From a virus (Duplodnaviria > Heunggongvirae > Uroviricota > Caudoviricetes), in IMG/VR virus record IMGVR_UViG_2529293061_000007: a stretch of 35,846 nucleotides of DNA; one strand, 5' to 3'. Shown here piece by piece: positions 8,404 through 16,231 of this stretch (positions are counted from its first letter, which is position 1; each line of letters begins with the position of its first letter). Below the pieces are notes generated by a model. The model saw only the letters and a program-made list of their open reading frames with translations, made no database searches and was not told the origin of the DNA. A program made the translations under genes and the position numbers.

Positions 8404-9345
8404 ATGAGCACTAAATTAACCGGCTATGTATGGGATGGTTGCGCTGCATCAGGCATGAAATTATCCAGCGTGGCAATTATGGCCCGCCTGGCTGATTTCA
8501 GTAATGACGAAGGTGTGTGCTGGCCATCAATTGAAACCATTGCCCGCCAGATTGGCGCGGGAATGAGTACCGTCAGAACGGCTATCGCACGGCTGGAAGC
8601 AGAAGGCTGGTTAACGCGTAAGGCGCGTCGCCAGGGTAACCGCAATGCGTCGAATGTTTATCAGCTTAACGTTGCGAAGCTTCAGGCAGCGGCATTTTCT
8701 CAACTGTCAGATTCTGACCCGTCAAAATCTGACGCATCAAAATCTGACCCGTCAAAATTTGATGCGTCGAAATCTGGCAAAAAAGCGGGTTTTCACCCGT
8801 CAGAATCTGGCGGGGATCCGTCAGTAAAATCAAAACATGATCCGTCAGATAAAAAAACTTCTCGTCCGGACGCTTCGCAACCGGACACGCAGACGGCTGA
8901 ACAGGAGTTTTTAACTCGCCATCCTGATGCGGTTGTATTCAGCCCTAAAAAGCGCCAGTGGGGAACGCAGGGTGATTTGACCTGCGCACAGTGGCTCTGG
9001 AAAAAAATCATCGCCCTGTACGAGCAGGCCGCCGAATGTGACGGCGAGGTGGTTCGTCCCAAAGAACCGAACTGGACAGCCTGGGCAAACGAAATTCGCC
9101 TGATGTGTGTGCAGGATGGTCGTACTCATAAACAAATCTGCGAGATGTACAGCCGCGTCAGTCGCGATCCGTTCTGGTGCCGTAACGTGCTCAGCCCGTC
9201 GAAGCTGCGGGAAAAATGGGATGAGCTTTCCCTGCGCTTATCGCCGTCCGTCAGCACGTACACCGAAAAACGCGAAGACCCGTACTTCAAAGCCAGTTAC
9301 GACAACGTGGACTACAGCCAGATCCCGGCAGGATTCAGGGGGTGA
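8404..9345 (+). CDS. phage replication initiation protein (O-like, N-terminal HTH) with iteron-containing linker
   Basis: 313-aa ORF; N-terminal HTH-like region; central SDPSK/SDASK repeats encoded by tandem DNA repeats; sits at the lambda O position. Confidence 0.7.
   Translation: MSTKLTGYVWDGCAASGMKLSSVAIMARLADFSNDEGVCWPSIETIARQIGAGMSTVRTAIARLEAEGWLTRKARRQGNRNASNVYQLNVAKLQAAAFSQLSDSDPSKSDASKSDPSKFDASKSGKKAGFHPSESGGDPSVKSKHDPSDKKTSRPDASQPDTQTAEQEFLTRHPDAVVFSPKKRQWGTQGDLTCAQWLWKKIIALYEQAAECDGEVVRPKEPNWTAWANEIRLMCVQDGRTHKQICEMYSRVSRDPFWCRNVLSPSKLREKWDELSLRLSPSVSTYTEKREDPYFKASYDNVDYSQIPAGFRG
8705..8850 (+). repeat. tandem iterons (probable phage origin of replication) inside the O-like gene
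   Basis: Four tandem 15-bp units TCTGACCCGTCAAAA / TCTGACGCATCAAAA / TCTGACCCGTCAAAA / TTTGATGCGTCGAAA (8713-8772), further CCGTCAG motifs, then an A-rich tract GATAAAAAAA. Confidence 0.65.
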
Positions 9346-9347
9346 GC

Positions 9348-9836
9348 ATGAGTCTTTTGAATGACGTTCAGAAATTCATTGAAGCCCATCCGGGCTGTAC
9401 TTCCGGAGATATTGCGGATGCTTTTGCCGGTTACTCACGGCAGCGCGTTCTGCAGTCAGCAAGCAAGTTACGTCAGAGTGGGCGTGTGGCTCACCGTTGT
9501 GAAGGAGATACACGCAGACATTTCCCGCGCCTGACTGAGAGAGCGCAGGAACCGGAACCACAACCAGTTCGTGAAACCAGACCTGTGCGCAATTTCTATG
9601 TCGGCACTAACGATCCCCGTGTGATTTTGTGCCTGACCCGCCAGGCGGAAGAACTGGAGTCCAGGGGCTTATACCGTCGTGCTGCAACCGTGTGGATGGC
9701 GGCATTCCGTGAAAGCCACTCCCAGCCAGAACGAAACAATTTTCTGGCGCGTCGTGAGCGGTGCTTACGGAAAAGCAGCAAGCGCGCTGCATCGGGTGAA
9801 GAGTGGTATCTGTCAGGGAATTACGTGGGGGCTTAA
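9348..9836 (+). CDS. putative PerC-family (Pch-like) transcriptional regulator
   Basis: C-terminal segment ...ELESRGLYRRAATVWMAAF...ERNNFLARRERCL resembles the PerC signature as recalled; ATG at 9348 with GGGGG RBS. Confidence 0.45.
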   Translation: MSLLNDVQKFIEAHPGCTSGDIADAFAGYSRQRVLQSASKLRQSGRVAHRCEGDTRRHFPRLTERAQEPEPQPVRETRPVRNFYVGTNDPRVILCLTRQAEELESRGLYRRAATVWMAAFRESHSQPERNNFLARRERCLRKSSKRAASGEEWYLSGNYVGA

Positions 9837-10489
9837 TGAGTAATAAATATTGCCAGGCGCTGGTGGAACTGCGGAACAAACCAGCCCATGAACTGAAGGA
9901 AGTGGGCGATCAGTGGCGCACGCCGGACAACATTTTCTGGGGAATTAACACCCTGTTTGGCCCGTTTGTTCTGGATCTGTTCACTGACGGTGATAACGCC
10001 AAATGTGCCGCGTATTACACGGCGGAAGACAACGCGCTGGCGCATGACTGGTCAGAACGTCTTGCGGAGCTTAAAGGTGCTGCCTTTGGTAATCCCCCAT
10101 ACAGCCGCGCCAGTCAGCATGAGGGGCAATACATCACCGGCATGCGTTACATCATGAAACATGCCAGTGCCATGCGTGATAAGGGCGGGCGCTATGTTTT
10201 CCTGATCAAAGCTGCCACCAGCGAAGTGTGGTGGCCGGAAGATGCAGATCATATTGCTTTTATTCGCGGGCGTATTGGTTTTGAACTGCCTGTCTGGTTT
10301 ATCCCGAAAGACGAGAAGCAGGTACCGACAGGAGCTTTTTTCGCTGGTGCTATTGCTGTTTTTGACAAGACCTGGAAGGGACCGGCAATCAGCTACATCG
10401 GGCGCGATGAACTTGAGGCATGTGGTGAGGCGTTTCTGGCGCAGGTTCGCCAGCAGGCGGAAAAACTGGTCAGGGAGATGGCGGCATGA
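9836..10489 (+). CDS. phage DNA N6-adenine methyltransferase (Dam-like)
   Basis: Catalytic motif GNPPYS; ATGA-coupled start at 9836; size about 217 aa. Confidence 0.8.
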   Translation: MSNKYCQALVELRNKPAHELKEVGDQWRTPDNIFWGINTLFGPFVLDLFTDGDNAKCAAYYTAEDNALAHDWSERLAELKGAAFGNPPYSRASQHEGQYITGMRYIMKHASAMRDKGGRYVFLIKAATSEVWWPEDADHIAFIRGRIGFELPVWFIPKDEKQVPTGAFFAGAIAVFDKTWKGPAISYIGRDELEACGEAFLAQVRQQAEKLVREMAA

Positions 10490-10812
10490 CGACGTTAACT
10501 CAATGCCAGCAGCAGGTGCTGGATATGCTGATTTCTTATCAGAAAGAACGTGGCTTCCCGCCAACCAATCAGGAGGTGGCAACCATGCTGGGATACCGTT
10601 CGGTGAATGCAGCGGTGGAGCATCTTCGCGCACTGGAGAAAAAAGGCGTCATCACGATAAAGCGTGGCGTGGCCCGGGGGATAACGCTTCATACCGCGGT
10701 GAAGGACGACGACAGCGAGGCGGTCGGGATTATCCGCGCACTGCTTGCCGGTGAGGAAAACGCAAGGCTGCGTGCAACCCACTGGTTACATGAGAGGGAC
10801 CTGAAAGTATGA
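10486..10812 (+). CDS. LexA N-terminal DNA-binding-domain protein (no peptidase domain)
   Basis: Translation ...TQCQQQVLDMLISYQKERGFPPTNQEVATMLGYRSVNAAVEHLRALEKKGVI... parallels the LexA winged-helix DBD; 108 aa only. Confidence 0.7.
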   Translation: MTTLTQCQQQVLDMLISYQKERGFPPTNQEVATMLGYRSVNAAVEHLRALEKKGVITIKRGVARGITLHTAVKDDDSEAVGIIRALLAGEENARLRATHWLHERDLKV

Positions 10813-11198
10813 AGCTGATCCTGCCTTTTCCGCCCAGCGTGAACACGTACTGGCGACACCCCAACAAAGGGGCGTTTGCTGGTAAGAGCCTGATAAGCGC
10901 GGCGGGGCGAAAATTCCAGAGCGCGGCGTGCGCAGCAATAGTTGAGCAGTTACGTCGTCTGCCGAAACCAACGTCGGCACCTGCTTCAGTGGAGATCGTG
11001 TTGTTTCCTCCGGATAACCGGATCCGCGATCTGGACAACTATAACAAGGCGCTGTTTGACGCCCTGACCCACGCGGGTGTGTGGGAGGACGACAGTCAGG
11101 TGAAAAGAATGCTGGTGGAGTGGGGACCGGTTATCCCGGAAGGGAAGGTCGAGATCACTATCAGTAAGTACGAGAAAACGGCGGGTGCAGCCGCCTGA
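10809..11198 (+). CDS. rusA: RusA-family Holliday junction resolvase
   Basis: ...PPSVNTYWRH...DLDNYNKALFDALTHAGVWEDDSQV... RusA signature with catalytic Asp cluster. Confidence 0.85.
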   Translation: MKLILPFPPSVNTYWRHPNKGAFAGKSLISAAGRKFQSAACAAIVEQLRRLPKPTSAPASVEIVLFPPDNRIRDLDNYNKALFDALTHAGVWEDDSQVKRMLVEWGPVIPEGKVEITISKYEKTAGAAA

Positions 11199-11217
11199 TC
11201 AAGAGGAGAAACGAAGT

Positions 11218-12015
11218 ATGAATAATCTGATGGTCATTGATGGTATTGAAGTTCGTCGTGATGCTTATGGTCGTTACAGCCTGAACGATCTGCACAGGGC
11301 TGCTGGTTCTCTGGATAAGCATAAGCCCGCATTCTGGCTCCGCAATGAGCAAACTGAACGCTTAATAAGCGAGTTGCAGATTTGCAACTCGGTCAATATA
11401 GCGCCAGTTAATGTCATTCGTGGTGGAAATAACCAGGGAACGTATGTCTGCAAGGAACTGGTGTATGCCTATGCAATGTGGATTAGCCCGTCATTCCATC
11501 TGAAGGTGATCCGTACTTTTGACATGGTAACCAGCATACCGGAAAAATTATCCGGGCAGGCTGCTGACAAGATGCAGGCTGGTGTGATTCTGCTGGACTT
11601 TATGCGTCGGGAGTTAAATCTGTCTAACTCATCTGTGCTTGGGGCCTGTCAGAAACTCCAGGAGGCTGTTGGCTTACCGAATCTGGCACCGCGCTATGCC
11701 ATTGATGCTCCTGCTGACGCGCCTGATGGCTCAAGCCGCCCCACGCTGTCACTGAGTGCACTGCTGAAGCAGTATGGTATCCGCCTGACAGCTAATCAGG
11801 CATATCACCAGATGGTGAAGCTGGGGATCGTCGAGCAGCGCGAACGATACAGCCGTACCGCGATTAACAACATCAAAAAATTCTGGTCGCTGACAGCGAA
11901 AGGCTGCATGTTCGGCAAGAATATCACCAGTCCCGCAAATCCGCGCGAGACGCAGCCGCATTTCTTCGAATCCCGATTCCCTGAGCTGTTAAAGCTGCTC
12001 GATACCGTTCATTGA
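11218..12015 (+). CDS. KilA-N domain protein (Roi-like; BstA-like alternative)
   Basis: N-terminal MNNLMVIDGIEVRRDAYGRYSLNDLHRAAG... KilA-N-type sequence; AGAGGAGA RBS; C-terminal domain unassigned. Confidence 0.65.
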   Translation: MNNLMVIDGIEVRRDAYGRYSLNDLHRAAGSLDKHKPAFWLRNEQTERLISELQICNSVNIAPVNVIRGGNNQGTYVCKELVYAYAMWISPSFHLKVIRTFDMVTSIPEKLSGQAADKMQAGVILLDFMRRELNLSNSSVLGACQKLQEAVGLPNLAPRYAIDAPADAPDGSSRPTLSLSALLKQYGIRLTANQAYHQMVKLGIVEQRERYSRTAINNIKKFWSLTAKGCMFGKNITSPANPRETQPHFFESRFPELLKLLDTVH

Positions 12016-12016
12016 G

Positions 12017-13012
12017 GTGACCGTGAGAGCACTACTGACCCCTGAAATAGCCCCGCGTATGGGGATCGTATTGTTCAGACCCGGTTCAGAGCTGATGCCC
12101 CTGTTTATGCAGGGGCGTGTCCTGCTGGAGCCTGAGCCGGAACGTTATTCATCTTTCGCCAGTGGTGCCGTTCCCGCGGCATCACAACCGCTGGCGGATG
12201 ATCCTGCCGTTCGAGCCGTGTTCTGCAATGAGGCAGTGATCCGTCGTGCTGGTGGCGTGGAATGTCTTGAAAGCTGGTTACTTCGTGAAAAGGGCTGTCA
12301 GTGGCCTCATTCCGACTGGCACAGCGAGAACATGACCACAATGCGACACGCGCCGGGCGCGATCCGTCTGTGCTGGCACTGCGATAACCAGCTGCGCGAT
12401 CAGTTCACGGAACGGCTGGAATCAATGGCAACGGATAACTGTGCCCGCTGGGTGTTGTCTGTTGTGCGTCGGGATCTCGGTTTTGATGACAGTCACGTTG
12501 TGACAATGCCGGAACTGTGCTGGTGGCTGATTCGTAATGACCTGGCGGATGCCTTACCGGAAAGTGCAGCCCGTAAGGCACTGAGATTACCGAAGCCTGT
12601 TGTGCCGTCTGTCACCCGGGAAAGTGACCTTGTGCCTTCGGTTCCTGCCACCAGCATCATCCAGGATAAGGCGAAAAAGGTGCTGGCGCTGAAAGTGGAT
12701 CCGGAGTCGCCGGAGTCTTTTATGTTACGCCCAAAACGTCGCCGCTGGGTTAATGAAAAGTACACGCGCTGGGTTAAGACACAGCCGTGTGCATGTTGTG
12801 GAAAGCCTGCTGATGATCCCCACCACCTGATAGGCCACGGTCAGGGTGGGATGGGTACAAAAGCGCATGACCTCTTTGTGTTGCCTTTGTGCAGAAAGCA
12901 TCACGACGATCTGCATGCGGATACCGTGGCATTTGAAGAGAAGTATGGCTCCCAGCTGGAGCTGATATTTCGTTTTATCGATCGTGCGCTGGCAATAGGC
13001 GTACTGGCGTAA
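12017..13012 (+). CDS. DUF968-type protein with C-terminal Cys/His (HNH-like) motif
   Basis: GTG start overlapping upstream stop; C-terminal ...CACCGKPADDPHHLIGHG...LCRKHHDDLH...; nin-region position. Confidence 0.5.
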   Translation: MTVRALLTPEIAPRMGIVLFRPGSELMPLFMQGRVLLEPEPERYSSFASGAVPAASQPLADDPAVRAVFCNEAVIRRAGGVECLESWLLREKGCQWPHSDWHSENMTTMRHAPGAIRLCWHCDNQLRDQFTERLESMATDNCARWVLSVVRRDLGFDDSHVVTMPELCWWLIRNDLADALPESAARKALRLPKPVVPSVTRESDLVPSVPATSIIQDKAKKVLALKVDPESPESFMLRPKRRRWVNEKYTRWVKTQPCACCGKPADDPHHLIGHGQGGMGTKAHDLFVLPLCRKHHDDLHADTVAFEEKYGSQLELIFRFIDRALAIGVLA

Positions 13013-13025
13013 GTGGAGAACGAGC

Positions 13026-13778
13026 ATGAACCTTGAAGCTTTACCAAAATATTACTCCCCAAAATCTCCAAAATTGAGTGATGACGCACCGGCGACAGGC
13101 TCGGGTGGTTTAACAATTACAGATGTGATGGCTGCGCAGGGGATGGTGCAGTCGAAAGCACCGCTTGGGTTTGCCTTATTCCTGGCAAAAGTTGGTGTTC
13201 AGGATCCTCAGTTTGCGATTGAAGGTCTGCTCAATTACGCGATGGGACTGGATAACCCGACATTGAACAAATTGAGTGAAGAAATCCGGTTACAGATCAT
13301 CCCTTACCTTGTGAATTTTGCCTTTGCTGATTATTCCAGGTCTGCGGCAAGTAAGGCTCGCTGTGAGCATTGTGCTGGTACTGGATTTCATAATGTATTG
13401 CGCGAGGTGGTGAAACACTCCAGAAGCGGGGAATCTGTTATCAAGGAAGAGTGGGTGAAGGAACTATGTCAGCATTGTCATGGTAAGGGAGAAGTCAGCA
13501 CAGCGTGCAGAGGGTGTAAGGGTAAAGGTATTGTCCTGGATGAAAAAAGGACCCGGCTTCATGGCACGCCTGTTTATAAGATTTGTGGGCGTTGCAATGG
13601 AAACCGATTTAGCCGTTTACCAACCACACTGGCGCGGAATCATGTCCAGAAGCTGGTACCAGACCTGACGGATTATCAGTGGTACAAAGGATATGCAGAT
13701 GTCATTGATAAACTGGTTACAAAGTGCTGGCAGGAAGAAGCATATGCAGAGACACAATTGAGAAAGGTGACAAGATAA
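13026..13778 (+). CDS. late-gene antitermination protein Q
   Basis: Cys-rich zinc-binding segment (CEHCAGTG...CQHCHGKG...CRGCKGKG...CGRCNG); immediately upstream of the lysis region; GGAG RBS. Confidence 0.8.
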   Translation: MNLEALPKYYSPKSPKLSDDAPATGSGGLTITDVMAAQGMVQSKAPLGFALFLAKVGVQDPQFAIEGLLNYAMGLDNPTLNKLSEEIRLQIIPYLVNFAFADYSRSAASKARCEHCAGTGFHNVLREVVKHSRSGESVIKEEWVKELCQHCHGKGEVSTACRGCKGKGIVLDEKRTRLHGTPVYKICGRCNGNRFSRLPTTLARNHVQKLVPDLTDYQWYKGYADVIDKLVTKCWQEEAYAETQLRKVTR

Positions 13779-13809
13779 ATGATTTTCGACGAAGATGGCG
13801 ACATGATAC

Positions 13810-13838
13810 TTGCATTTTTCAAAAAATCTGGATAAGAT
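13810..13838 (+). promoter_or_regulatory. candidate late promoter PR'
   Basis: TTGCAT (13810-13815), 17-nt spacer, TAAGAT (13833-13838), just downstream of Q. Confidence 0.35.
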
Positions 13839-13980
13839 TTTCTCAACGATGGGCTTTATGTATCTGCTGTTGATAACCTTCAAGAACTCGCCATTGAGCG
13901 GGTTTTTTATTGTGTAAAAACAGAATGACGGTATTAATTAGTAATATAATTATTCGACCATACAACTAGGGGTCGAAAAA

Positions 13981-14766
13981 ATGTATGTTTTTGAGTTAAT
14001 CAAGCCAGGCAGTAATCTTAAGTTTGAAAACAGAGAGTTAGAATGGACGTTTAATAACTTATTATCCCATTTAGAAACTGCATTTTATGATGCTAATGTA
14101 GCATTAAATTTATTCGAACAGGAAAGAACTAAGAATAACAGTAAATTCGATAATATTTCTCAGACATGGCAAGCTGATGTACAGAAACGACAAGCACTGG
14201 AAATGCTGGTTCGTAAAGAGTTTGGTTATCAACCTTATGAATATTCAGAACAGGTTTTTTCAGAGGTCGAGCTACGTCTAAAAAGAGAAAAATGGAATAA
14301 CGGTGAATATCCGTTGGCTCATCAACACAGATTGATCTTCTTACATGCAAAATCATTTCTCTACGCTTTGGATGCTATTGATAAATTTTTAAAGGTAATT
14401 TCAAAAGAAAATGGCGCGCCAGAGAACATTAAAAAATTGCATGAACAGCTTTCTAAAGACTTTCCGGATTTAAGAAAGGTAAGGAATTCAGCTCAACACA
14501 TGGAAGACAGAGTTCGTGGGCTTGGTGCAGAGAAAGAACCAAAGCCAATAAAACTCAAACCTGTAAATAATATTCATGTTGTTGCACCTCAGGGGGCATT
14601 GATGTTGAATAACTTATTCGGAACTAAATTTGGGTGCACTATGGCTGATGGCTATTATGGTGAAGTAGATATTTCGACAGAGTCTTTGGCAAAGTTGCAA
14701 AATTTAATCCAAAAAGTTTTTAATTCCTTCAGTTGGGAAGGACCAAAGCAACACCTTCCTCGATAA
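13981..14766 (+). CDS. AT-rich moron protein (261 aa) with two Rx4H motifs; candidate HEPN-type ribonuclease / Abi protein
   Basis: Visibly AT-rich codon usage versus flanks; motifs RLIFLH and RNSAQH; sits between Q and the holin (the stx position of Stx phages); terminator follows. Confidence 0.6.
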   Translation: MYVFELIKPGSNLKFENRELEWTFNNLLSHLETAFYDANVALNLFEQERTKNNSKFDNISQTWQADVQKRQALEMLVRKEFGYQPYEYSEQVFSEVELRLKREKWNNGEYPLAHQHRLIFLHAKSFLYALDAIDKFLKVISKENGAPENIKKLHEQLSKDFPDLRKVRNSAQHMEDRVRGLGAEKEPKPIKLKPVNNIHVVAPQGALMLNNLFGTKFGCTMADGYYGEVDISTESLAKLQNLIQKVFNSFSWEGPKQHLPR

Positions 14767-14783
14767 CATTTTCTTTTTTATTG

Positions 14784-14815
14784 AAAGCCGCCAAATAATT
14801 GGCGGCTTTTTTATT
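14784..14815 (+). terminator. intrinsic terminator after the Q-S moron
   Basis: Stem AAAGCCGCCAA / TTGGCGGCTTT with loop ATAA followed by a T-tract. Confidence 0.7.
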
Positions 14816-14855
14816 TCACAGTACCCGCAAATATCGCGAGGTGAGAGATGACGAA

Positions 14856-15182
14856 ATGCCTCATAACCCAAATACCTGGCTGGAGTTGGTCCAGAGCTGG
14901 TGGCGTGGAGACACGCCGCTGGGCGCAGTAATTATGTCGATCGTTATGGCTGGCTTGCGCATTGCCTATTTTGGCGGTGGTGGTGGCTGGAAGCGAAAAA
15001 CGCTCGAGATTTTGCTCTGTGGCGCTCTGACACTGACTTTTGCATCCGCTCTTGAGTATGTCGGATGGCCTAAATCACTTTCTGTTGCCATTGGTGGTGG
15101 GGTGGGGCTGATCGGTGTCGATGCTATTCGTGGGGCTGCAATGCGAGTAATCGGTAATAAATTTGGTAGCTCGAAGGAGTAA
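14856..15182 (+). CDS. holin (lambda S-like class)
   Basis: ATG at 14856 with GAGGTGAGAG RBS; about 108 aa with hydrophobic TM segments and charged C-terminus; directly upstream of the endolysin. Confidence 0.75.
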   Translation: MPHNPNTWLELVQSWWRGDTPLGAVIMSIVMAGLRIAYFGGGGGWKRKTLEILLCGALTLTFASALEYVGWPKSLSVAIGGGVGLIGVDAIRGAAMRVIGNKFGSSKE

Positions 15183-15185
15183 TTT

Positions 15186-15662
15186 ATGCAGGCTCTAAAT
15201 TCCCAGCGTAAAGCTTTCCTTGATATGGTGGCATGGTCAGAAGGAACGGATAACGGGCGACAACCGACACGTAACCACGGTTATGATGTTATTGTTGGTG
15301 GCGAACTGTTCACTGATTACTCCGATCACCCTCGCAAACTTGTCACGCTAAACCCCAAACTCAAATCAACAGCCGCCGGGCGTTATCAGCTTCTTTCACG
15401 CTGGTGGGATGCTTACCGTAAACAGCTTGGTTTGAAAGACTTCTCCCCCAAAAGCCAGGACGCAGTGGCATTGCAGCAGATTAAAGAGCGTGGCGCTTTA
15501 GCGATGATTGATCGCGGTGATATTCGTCAGGCTATCGACCGTTGCAGCAATATCTGGGCTTCACTGCCGGGGGCTGGTTACGGTCAGTTCGAGCATAAGG
15601 CTGACAGCCTGATTGCAAAATTTAAAGAAGCTGGCGGAACGGTCAGAGAGATGGAGGCATGA
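15186..15662 (+). CDS. R: endolysin, lambda R-type lytic transglycosylase
   Basis: Translation near-identical over long stretches to lambda R as recalled (...[55 protein letters not shown]...). Confidence 0.95.
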   Translation: MQALNSQRKAFLDMVAWSEGTDNGRQPTRNHGYDVIVGGELFTDYSDHPRKLVTLNPKLKSTAAGRYQLLSRWWDAYRKQLGLKDFSPKSQDAVALQQIKERGALAMIDRGDIRQAIDRCSNIWASLPGAGYGQFEHKADSLIAKFKEAGGTVREMEA

Positions 15663-16126
15663 GCAGAGTCACCGCGATTATCTCCGCTCTGGTTATCTGC
15701 ATCATCGTCTGCCTGTCATGGTCTGTTAATCATTACCGTGACAACGCCATCACCTATAAAGACCAGCGCGATAAAAAAGTCAGTGAGCTGCAGCTGGCGA
15801 CCGCCACCATTACTGACATGCAGCAGCGCCAGCGTGATGCTGATGCACTTGATGCTAAATACACGAAGGAGTTAGCTGATGCGAAAGCTGAAAATGATGC
15901 TCTTCGGCGCAAGCTTGATAATGGTGGTAGGGTGCTCGTCAAAGGCAGATGTCCAGTGCCAGCCACAACAAAAGCCTCCGGCACCGCCAGCGTGGGCAAT
16001 GATGCCACCGTCGAACTCTCTCCAATTGCTGGACGAAACCTTCTCGGTATCAGATCCGGAATTATCAGAGATCAAGCATCATTGAGAGCGTTACAGGAAT
16101 ATATTGACACTCAGTGTCGGAAGTAA
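15659..16126 (+). CDS. Rz: i-spanin Rz
   Basis: N-terminal TM anchor, coiled-coil periplasmic domain; ATGA-coupled to R. Confidence 0.85.
   Translation: MSRVTAIISALVICIIVCLSWSVNHYRDNAITYKDQRDKKVSELQLATATITDMQQRQRDADALDAKYTKELADAKAENDALRRKLDNGGRVLVKGRCPVPATTKASGTASVGNDATVELSPIAGRNLLGIRSGIIRDQASLRALQEYIDTQCRK
15879..16085 (+). CDS. Rz1: o-spanin Rz1 (lipoprotein, embedded in Rz in the +1 frame)
   Basis: [21 protein letters not shown] lipobox; Pro-rich mature part; AAGGAG RBS; wholly inside Rz. Confidence 0.75.
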   Translation: MRKLKMMLFGASLIMVVGCSSKADVQCQPQQKPPAPPAWAMMPPSNSLQLLDETFSVSDPELSEIKHH

Positions 16127-16192
16127 ACTCTTTTGCTGGAATAAATAGTTATTGCGAATAGGTGCTGCTAAATGTTGGTCGCTTGTGTAAAA

Positions 16193-16226
16193 TATAGTGG
16201 TAAGGTGTCTTTTTTATAGTGGTAAG
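16193..16226 (+). repeat. 12-bp direct repeat TATAGTGGTAAG (x2) just upstream of the post-lysis moron
   Basis: Copies at 16193-16204 and 16215-16226, separated by 10 bp; each contains a -10-like TATAGT. Confidence 0.6.
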
Positions 16227-16231
16227 TACGC

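Noticed and set aside
8645-8827. Repetitive SDPSK/SDASK tract as a contingency/phase-variable protein repeat, and the overlapping 60-aa ORF
   Set aside because: The 15-bp periodicity with an adjacent A-rich tract inside a replication initiator gene is better explained as origin iterons; the overlapping ORF is a repeat-generated artefact.
13880-13912. tR'-like terminator downstream of the candidate PR'
   Set aside because: A T-tract is present (GGGTTTTTTATT) but I could not find a convincing preceding stem, so it is not called.
13940-13980. Hairpin TTCGACC...GGTCGAA immediately upstream of the Q-S moron start
   Set aside because: Followed by an A-tract on the plus strand and preceded by the T-tract on the minus strand, so not a terminator on either strand; possibly a translational control hairpin but unsupported.
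14799-14855. Upstream in-frame ATG at 14799 as the holin start (127-aa form)
   Set aside because: That ATG lies inside the terminator hairpin and has no RBS; ATG 14856 has a strong RBS and gives a typical holin length.
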